A stretch of 62,763 nt of DNA, filler included, from Rhabdomonas costata (Eukaryota): assembly GCA_019059605.1 (NCBI GenBank). It is 40 parts of 40 records of this genome, joined end to end, with 100 filler letters (N's around TTAATTAATTAA, not from the genome) between each part and the next. Parts side by side here need not be neighbours in the genome. Positions count along the whole stretch, not along the records: positions 1 to 1,472 come from JAHMHO010015052.1; positions 1,573 to 3,044 come from JAHMHO010015053.1; positions 3,145 to 4,617 come from JAHMHO010015054.1; positions 4,718 to 6,188 come from JAHMHO010015055.1; positions 6,289 to 7,760 come from JAHMHO010015056.1; positions 7,861 to 9,333 come from JAHMHO010015057.1; positions 9,434 to 10,904 come from JAHMHO010015058.1; positions 11,005 to 12,476 come from JAHMHO010015059.1; 32 more parts are not named here. The stretch is one strand, 5' to 3'. The translations under genes were made by a program, and so were the position numbers. The number at the start of each line of letters is the position of its first letter. The stretch's first letter is position 1. Shown here in pieces: positions 1 through 11,280 of the stretch. A model generated the notes under the pieces. It worked only from the letters and a program-made list of their open reading frames with translations. It was not told the origin of the DNA and searched no databases.

Positions 1-2
1 GT

Positions 3-1472
3 GTGGGGGGGCCCGGGCCGGTGGCCGGTGGCTCGTCGTCCTCTTCCTCGTCTGCGGAGCTTCCGGCACAGTTGGGCGATGTCGTGCTGAAGGTGCTGCA
101 GCAGAAGGATGGCCTCGACTTGCTGGAGGAGCGCGGGCTGATGGAAGCCGTGAACAGCTACGTGGAGAAGGCGGAAACCGGTCTGCATGCGTGTGTGCGT
201 GTGTTTGCACTTTGCGAATTTCGCACCGTGTGCACCGCGTGAAATCCGTGCGGGGCCGCGCACGCCGCACACCGCCAGCTGCGAGGCGGACGCTGGACCA
301 TCAGGTAAAAACATCCCCATGGTCAACTCTACAGAAGGATGCCAATCGATCCGTGCAGATTTGTGTCTGTACAAATTCCTGTCCTTTTCGCAAAATGCAC
401 GAGAAATGGCGGTATTACACACGGAGAGTCGAACGGGTCAACCCGCTTACTAAGACAGGAAGACCAACTGCTGCTCTTTATTTTGTGGTTCGAGTTCTGT
501 TGTTCTGTTTTCAGGGGCAATCGCGGATCTGGTGAACGAGCAGCTTTCGAAGGTGCAGAAGGCCGTGTGGAAGCAGGCGAAGGCGGCAGACCCGGAGCAG
601 TTCGACCAGGGCGAGATCTGCGCCTTGGTCCTGCACATCAAGACAGAGTTCGAGCACCAAGCTGCGCTGACCAAGCTCCAGGCTCTCACCTTGGCACCCT
701 TCCGAATCACATTTGCATAGCAAACGACGTCCACATGACCGAATACACAAGTCACGGTCACACGTAGCCTTCATGGTGAAAAATGGGGTCAGGGCCAGGG
801 ATCCTTCGCAGTGCTGGGATGTTTGCTAACTAACGTCTTGCTGTTGGTTAAGATATTTCGGGGATACAGATTTTGGATGATATCGTGGGAATTTGGCACA
901 ATGGACCTCGTATTTCTGAGAACAAAAGTGGAACGGCCGAAACCTCTGCAATCGTTAATCGTTGCGTAATATGTAGAAGATTTTTGCAGTTCCAGCAAAG
1001 CGAGAAGACGGCCCTCTTGAAGGAGGAAACCAGCGCCCCTGTCCCTCAACCCACTGGTTCTGCATTTCCTTAGCAGTCGTGTGATTGTCTAAAGGAGACA
1101 ACTGAGCAGTCCTGGTGTGCATAGCCCAGTGAACGCGTGGCAACCTGCGTTTACCAGAAGAACTGTTTCGCATGGTTGGCTGCCTGTTTCCAGCTAAGAA
1201 ACCAGGTCAAATCAGAGGACATACAAAATCGTCAAGTGTAGTAAAAAAAAAAAACGAGAAGAAAAACTACTGAAGAGACCGAGCCGTCCTTTACACGCAC
1301 TGTTTGACCGCCCTGCGACTTGCGGGACAGGACGACCAGGAGATGCGGCAGGTCAGACGATCGCTGGGTGGGGCTGCGGGGGGCCCATCGCGGGCAAGCG
1401 AGCATGGGTTCGATGACGATGAGGACGTAGCCTTTCTGGAGCCGGATGCGCGGGCCACCCGGCTGGAGGTTA
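3..1472 (+). CDS. MRE11: MRE11 double-strand break repair nuclease, C-terminal DNA-binding region (partial; exons <3-180, 515-681, 1331->1472)
   Basis: Spliced translation LDLLEERGLMEAVNSYVEKAETGAIADLVNEQLSKVQKAVWK resembles the Mre11 LSLLxERGxxEAVxxFVxKxExxAIxxLVxxQL motif; GT-AG intron 181-514 and GC-AG intron 682-1330 keep the frame. Confidence 0.8.
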
Positions 1473-1572
1473 NNNNNNNNNNNNNNNNNNNNNNNNNNNN
1501 NNNNNNNNNNNNNNNNTTAATTAATTAANNNNNNNNNNNNNNNNNNNNNNNNNNNNNNNNNNNNNNNNNNNN
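1473..1572. other. Artificial contig-joining linker (first of 39; recurs every ~1571 nt up to ~61193-61292)
   Basis: N44 + TTAATTAATTAA (stop in all six frames) + N44, identical at every junction; intervening contigs are all ~1470-1480 nt, consistent with length-sorted concatenation. Confidence 0.98.
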
Positions 1573-1599
1573 GTGGTGGGTGTGTTTGGTTGTGTGTGG
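1573..1599 (+). other. G/T-only whole-genome-amplification primer remnant at contig start (similar scars at most contig ends)
   Basis: GTGGTGGGTGTGTTTGG here and at 37728, reverse complement at ~39183-39199; most contigs begin G/T-only and end A/C-only, as expected for GenomePlex/PicoPLEX-type degenerate primers. Confidence 0.8.
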
Positions 1600-1684
1600 A
1601 TACATAAACACACAATTTATAAATCTGGAGGAAGCGACGTACACCGCAGGGCACAACAAAAAGGCAAAATTGCAGCAAAACAAC

Positions 1685-1899
1685 CTATCAGCCTTGTCCA
1701 ACGAGGACAGCGGGATCGAGAACCGTAGACAAGACACGTCGACTGGGGCGGGTGTACAAGAGGAGCCCGCAGGGGCGTTGCTCGGTGGGCTGCTCCCAAC
1801 TGGCAAAGCACTGTTGGGCACTTGGTGGTCAGCTGGGGAGTCTGACTCGGTCTTTCCACTTCCTCCAGACCCTTCTGCATCGGAAAGCCTGCGTTTCAT
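1685..1899 (-). CDS. Possible first exon of an unknown low-complexity protein (MKRRLSDAEGSGG...)
   Basis: ATG-initiated S/P/G-rich frame ending at AG|GT; no recognisable domain. Confidence 0.3.
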
Positions 1900-4800
1900 C
1901 TCGCAGGATATCCAAAAAGGGTGAACCCAAACGAAAAGGATTTGAGTAGGACTCACATGAAAATCTGCAATCTGCGATCTGCAAGGAAAATCCATTCCGG
2001 AGGAACGCCACCTTAATCCAATCACGGTGCAAAAAAACTGGGCGGGTGGAAACGGATACGGCACTGCTCCGTGCATCCTAAGAATGACCAAGGAGTCTTT
2101 GGATCATACAACTGTGTACGCGTGGGGGCGGGGTCCCAAGTTCTTACCTCCTTTCACGGCCGCAAGTAGTACCATTGTGCTACTGTGCAGGTCTCCCCGA
2201 GCGATTGCATTGGGAGAAGGGGGAGGAAGGGGCAAGGGAAGACATGTGGAACCACGACGGATTATCAGCACTGCTATCACTATCAGCAGGAATTTGCCTG
2301 TGGGTTCAGGGGAATTTCGTTTAAACCACCTCAAACAATAGAGTCCCGGCAGTCCCCATTGGACACACTTTGCTCCCCTCTATTTATCCATTTCCTGCCA
2401 CCCACAACCCACCCAAGACACACAAGACCCTCACAGTGAAGCAACCTGCAAGCCGGCATGCATGCGTAGCTGTCACTTTCCCATTTGCTTGTGCCTCTTG
2501 TGCCTCACTTTTCCTCAATGGTGATCACTGGAGTAACCGTTTGCTGCCCCTCGCGTGTCCCTTTCGTGGTCTTAAAATTACACCCCACAACCTGTTAGAA
2601 AGCTCCTTTATTGTTCGGATGCCCATGGGTGAACCTTCGCTCTGACTGAAGAGTATGGAGCCAAAGCGCCTTCATTTTTCAGTGGGCATCAAACCAAGAC
2701 GCAGAGCCAACGTTATTTCTGATGCTCAACACCCCACCTCACCACCGCAAAAGAAGAATGTCAGGGATCTCCGGTTTACGAGGCTCCCGTAAAGTACTGC
2801 AGCTTCTGAAAGTGAAGCACATCATTGCCCCAGGACGACCACTCCCTGTGTAGGCATCGTGCAAACAGCTCCAAGAACCGAAGCCCCGAAGGCCCACCAG
2901 AAGGCTCTCCAGCCGGGCCTCCTGTGGTGCGGCTCCCGCGCTCACAATGTACCGAAAAGTCAGTCTTCTCCCCAGAGGCCCTTGCTAGCCAATCACAGGC
3001 ATTTTCTGAGGTTGTTGTGGAATTGCTGGCAGGTGTGCAGGGCTNNNNNNNNNNNNNNNNNNNNNNNNNNNNNNNNNNNNNNNNNNNNTTAATTAATTAA
3101 NNNNNNNNNNNNNNNNNNNNNNNNNNNNNNNNNNNNNNNNNNNNGTGGGGGGGGTGTAGCAACCAAAGAATACGAGCTTTTGTTGGGCCGATATTACCAA
3201 GACGACAGCAACATGAATCTATAAAATTTGTGTAAAGGTTTGAAAAGCACTCACTACTTGCCAAATCACTTGAGCATCTTTCCAATGACGTGAACTTCAC
3301 CGCTGTGCATAAAAAATACGATGAAAAAAAATACGAAAACCCAGGAGCTCTGCGAGGTGGCATCGATTCAACAGATCCCGACTCGCTGTCCATTTCCTGC
3401 AGATAAACTTTGTTGTCTAGGTCGAGTTTCCTTTTCCTTTTCCGTCAATTCTTTTGTGCCTCTTTCGTTTTGTTGCTTCACTCATGCCTTTTGCCTTTGT
3501 CACCTTGGGGACCCCTGTTACTCCAGTGAAGTGAGGTTTTGTTTGAAAAATAACGGATCGACTTCATTGTTTGTCTGATCACCAATGCTTTCACGTGTGA
3601 ACCTACACCCAACCTTTCCGCTGGGTGTACGGAGAAGCGCTGCAATCTGAGCATACCGAGATTCGGTATGTCTCTCCCGAAACGGCTTTAACATCAGCAG
3701 TAATGCAACCGCGAGAGCCGCTGAGTGATCTGCACCGTGGGGGAACCAGCCACAGGCCCAAGATAGCGCCCATGTTCCCAAAAACGCCATCACTTAGGAC
3801 CGGCGGGACCTCAGTGAAGCCCGAAAGGCAGCTCCCTTCAGGATAAAGGTGACACACCGACCATCTGAACTCACAGTCAGGGCAACCAGTGACCTGGTAG
3901 AGAAAAGGCACCAAGCACTTCGGAAGAGACGGAATAACGAGGGGCAGCACAAGCAAAATCACGAGGGGTACCACAAGCTGTTCTGAGAATAAAGTTTATC
4001 GCCACAGGGCAGGACTGCATTGAATTTTATTCTTTGACTTAGGGACAATTGTGTCTGTTTGTCCGTGAATTTTGAACTTGAACTTTTTTGTTGGATTGAA
4101 CTTAGAAATGCCTCACACTGAACTTTGAGCTTTTGGGTTTCTGAAATATTTTGGCATTGAATTGAACTTTTTTATTCCCCAGTTACATGGAATTTGAGAG
4201 GGCTAAGCCGAAGCAGGCCTGGAGTCTTTTGTATATACAGCAGGCCTCCCGAAACGCTGCGTGGCCGGTCCTTGGGGTCAGGAGAGTCCCGACCTTTCAA
4301 CCTCGGACGGTGGTGGTGCCCCTTGGCGGCATTTCGTACCCTTTTGCGCCGCTTCTTGCCCCACGCAGCGGAGGGTTTACGACAGCACCCACAAGGTAAC
4401 AAGGTACTGTACAACGAACCACCCACGCCGAAAGGGGCTCGGCAACTGGCACGTAGCCGCCTGCAGCCCACAAAAATAACCGAACTTTGAGGATTTTTGA
4501 CCTCTTCGCCCGAAGGGAACCACGTTGAACTTTGAACTGGAAGACATGGTTACTTCGACTCATGAGCATCATTAAGAAAACTTGTTCATCATTGCAAGAG
4601 TTATCCAACCACCACAANNNNNNNNNNNNNNNNNNNNNNNNNNNNNNNNNNNNNNNNNNNNTTAATTAATTAANNNNNNNNNNNNNNNNNNNNNNNNNNN
4701 NNNNNNNNNNNNNNNNNGTTTTTTTTGAAGACAGAATATGAAAGGGAGAAAGGAGGAGGACATGATGGAGACTTGAAACGCCTGAAAAAAAAAACCTGAA

Positions 4801-5037
4801 AAAGGAGTGATGTAGCCTCGAAACCAGTGCACTGCAGCACTTGGTTGTTCATTACTAGTTGTGAACTCCGGACACATCTGTCGGGCATCAGTCGGGCATT
4901 TCATCTCTTGTAGGTTTCCCTTTTTTTTCTGGGAGCGGTCCAACCGCTTGTCTTTCCCTGCACTGTGCTTTGCAAATGGAGCCGATGCATGGCATCTCTT
5001 TGTACCCTCCGGACTCGCCTGTGGGCAACCTGGTCTC

Positions 5038-6187
5038 GATGGCGCCCAGCAGTGCGTACAGCCAGGACGGCCGCCACCGGAACACCACAATCATCATCCC
5101 GAAGAGCATAAGCAGTAGCAGCAGGGAGCTGAGGCCGCCCCACAGGAAGGAGAAGTCCCACCGTGAGACCATGCAGAACACTGTGATCGACGCGACGATG
5201 GCCAGGGTCATTCCGGCCGCGGCAAGCACGGCGGGACCCGCCTGGCGCTCGGCAAACATCGCACAGAAGGCACCTTGAGGCGTTTTTTCGGAAACCACGT
5301 TTGTGGGGTTTGTGGGAATGCTGGGAGAGCGCTAAGCCGATGCAGGACCTTGGGGAATGCATAATCCAAGCAGTTGTGTGTCCCTCCACCTCAAAAGTGA
5401 GACTTTCAGAAATGTTGTCAAACGGAAGCGTTCCGCCTTATTGGCAACAGTTGAAAACGAAAGTGCCCCAATGACGGTGCAACCGCTGCCGATAGCATCG
5501 CTCCATCACTGGTGTGGTGTCTTCATATTTATTCCGCTGGTATTTTGACTTCTTCAACAGAAACACCTGCACACCAGCACTTTTTGGCTTATGGAGCTAA
5601 ATCTTCGCATGGCCATATCCGGCACATACCATCGCAAACTTATAAATGCCGTGATTTACCGCAAGTCAATTGGTATATAGGGCAATGACCATCAGAAAAC
5701 AAGTAGGTCACAAAGTAACCCCGAAAAGGACCACTCGCACCCAACCCGACCCTATCCAACATGCGTAAAACCTCAAAAGCATGGGGAGCTTTATGATGAG
5801 ACCAACCGTTTATTCACTTGTGAGCTTGACTCTCGTTAGGTGAGGAATGGACATCTCTCTCCGGCAACGAAGAGTCTCAACTCACTCTTGATAGTACGGT
5901 GAAATGATGGTCACTGTTTCTCCTGCAGACTTCCGTGAACTGACCGGAGGAAGACCGACTTTTGTTTTCCGGCGATCTCTCCTCATTTGCCATTTCTGTA
6001 ATGCGCATGCGAGTGTTAAATGTAAAACGGCTTCTTTTGCCACAAGCGTCCGGCAAGCCCGACGCAGTGTGACGTGTGCACCCATCGTGGGGCGAAAGGC
6101 ACACCCAGGCTCCAGGACTCCAGCAGGGTGAACAGCCCCAGGGTCAACAGGTTGGTTGGATAACTCTTGCGCACCGCGAACACAACC
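5038..6187 (-). CDS. Bax inhibitor-1 / lifeguard (TMBIM) family membrane protein (partial; exons 6187-6105, 5273-~5038)
   Basis: RKSYPTNLLTLGLFTLLESWSLG|AF...VLAAAGMTLAIVASITVFCMVSRWDFSFLWGGL...LYALLGAI, typical BI-1 family helices; GTGTGC...AAG intron 6104-5274. Confidence 0.88.
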
Positions 6188-6290
6188 CNNNNNNNNNNNN
6201 NNNNNNNNNNNNNNNNNNNNNNNNNNNNNNNNTTAATTAATTAANNNNNNNNNNNNNNNNNNNNNNNNNNNNNNNNNNNNNNNNNNNNGG

Positions 6291-6700
6291 TTGGGAAGTC
6301 TGCTGACGACTTTCTCTATCCCACTCGCTACTTGGTTGCTGATTGTGTATCTGTGGGCAACACAGACCTGTTTCTCTGCAGCTGAGGCCCTCTCTGGAGC
6401 TAGTAATTCAACGGTATCGAAGGTGTTCTACCTGCTCCGTCTGTGTACCAAGAAATGCTGCGATGGATATGGGAAAATCCTTGGGGGTCCAGGCTGTGTG
6501 GTGGAGGTCGATGAAACAGAGTGCGGCCGTAAACGAAAAGGGCTTCACGGGCACCCCAGTTCGGTGAAAATGGATGTTTGGGGCGCCACTGATCGCAAAA
6601 AGAAGCTAGTGGTCTTCAAGCCGTTTGGCACTCCGTGGAGGACAGGAGGCGTAATGGTCCTGCTTCTGCTGCAGAGGTTCTACCGTTGGTGTCTCCCTTC
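6291..6700 (+). mobile_element. Merlin (IS1595/IS1016-like DDE) transposase remnant, frameshifted near 6632 and truncated near 6700
   Basis: ILGGPGCVVEVDETECGRKRKGLHG...VWGATDR resembles the Merlin/ISXO2 motif IGGPGxxVEIDETxxGKRKxxRG...WVxGxxER; continues in another frame as EDRRRNGPASAAEVLPLV; later catalytic motifs absent. Confidence 0.8.
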
Positions 6701-7760
6701 AACCAGACACTGGCTCTTCAGGAGCAAATTACGGCTTTGAAGAAACAAAATACTTCTCTTCAAGAAGTAAATGCAAATTATGCCAAGGACGCAATGACAA
6801 TGGCTGAGATAGTTTATTGGTACGACTGTCACTGCAACGAAAAACAATATATTAAGGACAAGAGCATGGACGAACTTGTCAAGATTCGGAAAGAAATCAA
6901 GCACTGCCACATGAGGTGGTATGTGAAACATGAGGAAGTTCTGTTTCTGGGTCACCAAGAAAAAATCGAGCGCGAAAAGCTTGAAGCTCAAGCTTCCCGA
7001 GAGTTGGCAAGATTTGAACAGAAAATGGCAGAAGCCAAATCCGAAGTCCTGGAGAAGGATCTCAAGAGGGAACAAGAACGTTTAGAAGAAAAAGCGTTGG
7101 CAGTGCGCACTAAACCTGAACGGCCGGAAAGTGAACGGTTGGAACGTGAACGACAGGATCGTGCACGACTGGAACGTGAACGGCAAGTACCTTCTCGGTC
7201 AGGACTGTTGACAACGCAAAAGCCAACAGTAAGGCTTCAGCCTGCAATGTTGCAAATGCAGGAACAACCAGCACCAGCAGTGCCAACTGGGCAAAATAAA
7301 TCATTCGCGGGATGCGAGTACTGCAAAAGTGTAGGACTTCCTACATACAAGTACATGTCCCATTCTGAAGAGCGGTGTACTGCTAAGGGATGCGATTACT
7401 GCAAAAGCTTGGGACTTCCTGAGAACAGGTACATGTCTCATTGTGTCAGCGAATGTTCCGTTAAGGGCTATGTATGCGACTACTGTGTAAACAGATATAA
7501 GGCAAAGCCTTTTGATGAGTGGGTGAAGATCATTTGGCATTCACCATCAGTTTGTAGGCATCTACACCTACATCCGTCAGACTGCTCACAAAGTGTTTCG
7601 CCCTCAAAGTCGCATCAAGCAAGCCCGCGATCTTCGCCTGCCGATGAGCAATCGCGACCAGCTAGTCCTGCTGTAAAGCAGTTTCAGACTTTCACTTCGG
7701 CATCAACAACAGTATGGAAAACATGTTCGACTACACCAACACTGATGACCGAGACCCCAC
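6635..7760 (+). CDS. Intronless coiled-coil protein with three tandem CCHC zinc fingers (C-x2-C-x12/12/17-H-x4-C); open at the 3' end
   Basis: About 375 codons without a stop; E/R/K-rich helix (ERLERERQDRARLERERQ) followed by CEYCKSVGLPTYKYMSHSEERC, CDYCKSLGLPENRYMSHCVSEC, CDYCVNRYKAKPFDEWVKIIWHSPSVC. Confidence 0.7.
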
Positions 7761-8300
7761 NNNNNNNNNNNNNNNNNNNNNNNNNNNNNNNNNNNNNNNN
7801 NNNNTTAATTAATTAANNNNNNNNNNNNNNNNNNNNNNNNNNNNNNNNNNNNNNNNNNNNTTGTGGTTGCAGGGGAGGACATTCGCCCTTACACGTGCAC
7901 AAAACCGTGTAGACTGTGTGTGTGTGTGTGTGTGTGTGTTTGTTCTTTGTTCCTCGTGTATGTGAGTGTTGACCGCCTGAAAGGTCTTGTTTCCTTCGCA
8001 GACTTTCGCCTTTCTCCCAAACGTTCCAAGAGTTCATCAGCAGGACAGCGTTAAAAGTGATAAGGAGTTTCGCAAATCACAATTGGGGCTGGCGGGCGGG
8101 AATCAAGCAAACATGTGACAAACCATGTACTACAGGTCGAAAACAACATTTTTCCTGCTATTTTTCAGTTTCAGTGTTTCAGTTTTTCAGAGTTTCAGGA
8201 GGACCTGTGCTTGGGTTAAGGTGTTTGGTTTTGGGTTGCGCTTTTGGAGGAGCGCCAACGCCCCAAACTCACGCTGGCAACTGGCGCGTACCCCACGCAG

Positions 8301-8470
8301 GGATTGTCATTCGGCACGGCCGCAACACCGCCGCCCTAGTGGACACCACGAAGAACAAGAACGTCCCGCTGGGAAAGCAGATCAACGGCCCCATTGACAG
8401 TGAGGTCAAGAGGTGGGGTAAGCGGTGGGAGAAGGTTATGGAGATCCATGCCTCCGGAGGGGTGCACTGA
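8301..8470 (+). CDS. Ribosomal protein uL14 (divergent, probably mitochondrial), terminal exon
   Basis: CAG| then GIVIRHGRNTAALVD...VPLGKQINGPIDSEVKRWGKRWEKVMEIHASGGVH*, which aligns by eye to the uL14 C-terminus GxxIRFxxNAAVLIxxxxxPxGTRIxGPVxxELR. Confidence 0.7.
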
Positions 8471-9145
8471 ACTCGGCCCCCCGTGGCGCTCACTTTCTGC
8501 TTCCTCCTGCCTTTTCTGGACTGCAGTGACGGGTACGGATTGGTGGTCGCTGCTTCACCACTGTTTCAACAATCTGGAGACGTTGACGGGTTGTTTTTGA
8601 TGTTTGGGGATTAGGAAGAGATACAGGCCGCGGTGTGGGATGGGTATGGCTCAATTGTATGCCAGGTCGGCGGCCTCGTGTTTGAAAGACCTCTCCCCCT
8701 CCCAACATAAATAGTTACTGGGGATGTTTGCAGCCAGCAATTTGGCTGTCTGTTCGTCTACGTTGTGCCCAAGGGAATAAACGAGGAGAAAATGGCTGGG
8801 GTAAGGATGATGAATGCTGAATCTCCCGGCCATCGTGTTGACGCAGCACGAAGCTCACACCCAGACTAAAGGCTGTTGTCATCAGACCTGATACCGGCAG
8901 AATGGGCACGTTGTGTTGTGGGCAGTTTTTCCATTGTGTTTCGTTTTCTACAGCGCTAGCTTTCTCTCTTTTTATTTCTTTTAATCCATATTCCGAAAGT
9001 TTTTCTGAGCTGATCGAAGCGAGTCCATTCAGTTCTCCCAGGAACCCTCTGAGGGTGGCACAGGGTTGACCCCCCCCCTCCCTCCTTGGCAGAGGATCAA
9101 TCACGAGTCCCTCACATAAGCCATTCCTCTGTTCCGTTTGAACCA

Positions 9146-9227
9146 CTCCCTCTTCTTGGGACTATCCCTTTTCCTTATCCCGATACCTCTTTGCATCTTT
9201 CTCTCTTGTTTCGTGTCCTTTTTGGAG
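9146..9227 (+). promoter_or_regulatory. Long polypyrimidine tract plus AG upstream of the LUC7 start; candidate spliced-leader trans-splicing acceptor
   Basis: ~80 nt C/T-rich tract ending GGAG ~30 nt before ATG 9259. Confidence 0.4.
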
Positions 9228-9258
9228 CCTGAGGCGAGGTAAAAAAAAAGAAGGCCCA

Positions 9259-9333
9259 ATGGTAGACCAGGCGCGCAAGCTGCTGGACCAGCTCATGGGC
9301 CCCAACCGGGACCAGGGCCAGGTCAACCACACC
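9259..9333 (+). CDS. LUC7: LUC7-family U1 snRNP protein, N-terminus (partial)
   Basis: MVDQARKLLDQLMGPNRD resembles the LUC7 N-terminal signature (R/K)xLLDxLMGxxR. Confidence 0.8.
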
Positions 9334-11280
9334 NNNNNNNNNNNNNNNNNNNNNNNNNNNNNNNNNNNNNNNNNNNNTTAATTAATTAANNNNNNNNNNN
9401 NNNNNNNNNNNNNNNNNNNNNNNNNNNNNNNNNTGTGGGGTCAGATGTCTCTGTGGGCTTTGGTGGTGATTTGCTCTCTGGTTACGGCGCTTCCTGTGGT
9501 GGGTGTACAGATCTTGGAGTTGTTGTGGGGTGGTTCGGTGGTGTCAGGGGTTACGGTATGAAGAGGAGGATTACATGGAGTCCATGGAGGATTTCATGTG
9601 GATTCTTATGAATGATGACTTAGAATCTTCTGATTTCATGTGGATCCTTACCGATTGTGGATTCAGATAGTCCGCACTTTCATCCCACAATTTCCATCCG
9701 CATCCGGTGCTGCGGCACATTTTTCGGTAAAGTGTGCTGTTGTTGTGCTGTTTTGCAGCCAATCCCTCCTGTGGCGGCGATGCCGACACCGCGGCGTTCG
9801 TGTGCCCTTCGGGATACACGGTCAACGGGAGCGTAGTGTGCGCAGGCTTGACCTGCACCGAGCTGGACTGCTGTATTGGTTTGTTTTGATGTTTCACAAG
9901 CACAAATCGAACACAAAAAACAGAACAAAAAACACACGACCAAGAAGCGTCGGCGATGCAGTTAGTTTCGTTAGTGTCGTTTGATTATCACGCAAGAAGG
10001 ACGACCTTTAGTCGGCATGACTACTAATCCCTCCCCCGACCTGACCGGTTCTTCGCACCCCAAGGGATGGATCTCGTACATGTTGAGCTTCTTGTGGTGT
10101 TTTCTATGCGGAGCTCACTTTTTGCGGGCGTTTTTTTTGGCAGTGTCTTTGCTGAAATAGCGGGCTACTGCACCACGTAGTGCATGCTTCCTCCCTCTTT
10201 ACAAGTCGGACGAGTGGTTTACGAGCGAGCCCAGTTTGTGAAGCGCAGTCGAGAGACCGAGGGGTTCACGACGAAATCCGATTTTAGGGCAGAGTAGCGC
10301 GAAACTGCGGCACGCGACCGCGTCTTTTTGTTAGGTTTTCAATCGAAAGGCGCACACTTTCACGGACCTGGTTCTCAGAGTGAATTCGGATTATCTCGTG
10401 CAGCGAGTGATGTTGCCTGTGTCGCCTTTTTTTGTCTGTTTTGCATCTTGGCCGTGTGGATCTTCTTGGCACTATGCTTCGTGCTCTTCTCTTTTCCCTC
10501 CCTGCTCCCCTCATTTGAACAGCTAACCCAACGTGCGGCGACTACAGCTGTCCAGCAGCGTACGTCAGCCAGCCCGGGGTCATGGTGTGTGCCAGCCTGC
10601 ACTGCAACCTGACGGATTGCTGCGCTGGGATTCGTATGCCTGCCCCCTTCGTGGACTTTCTTTCCATCTACCCGTCCATTATCCGTTGTGATTCAGGTGT
10701 GTTTCTGAAAGCAAAAACTGCATAGTACGGCACCATTGTTACGGAAGAGGTTCACGTGCAAACTGCAAACAACAACAAAGAACAAGATATATGAGACACG
10801 TTATACACACGCGGGTGGCATTCAAAAGCACTCGCATGCACCCACCCATACGCAGACGGGTGCTTTCCGACGAATGTGAAAGCGCTCGTTAGAACCACAA
10901 ACCCNNNNNNNNNNNNNNNNNNNNNNNNNNNNNNNNNNNNNNNNNNNNTTAATTAATTAANNNNNNNNNNNNNNNNNNNNNNNNNNNNNNNNNNNNNNNN
11001 NNNNCCGCCGCCGGGAAACCAATGGAATCCTTATTCACTTCTGCGTCTGTGGACAACGAATTCTGCCCGACATGCTCTCCCCCGAAATCCCGATTCCACC
11101 TTTTTTTAACAGTTACGTGTGTTTAACATCTAACTGCCAGCCTCGAGGAGTCCTCAACCCTCCCTTTCGTTTTTGTGTGGTTTCCGTTTGTATTGAACAT
11201 TCGGCCTTGTTTCGTTCTCGCAGCAATTTCACGACCCTTACGGCACGATGACATTTCCAGGGGGTGGATTTTTCTCGCAG

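Noticed and set aside
9590-9650. Short direct repeat GATTTCATGTGGATYCTTA (two copies)
   Set aside because: Only two copies with no associated genes; local duplication, not CRISPR
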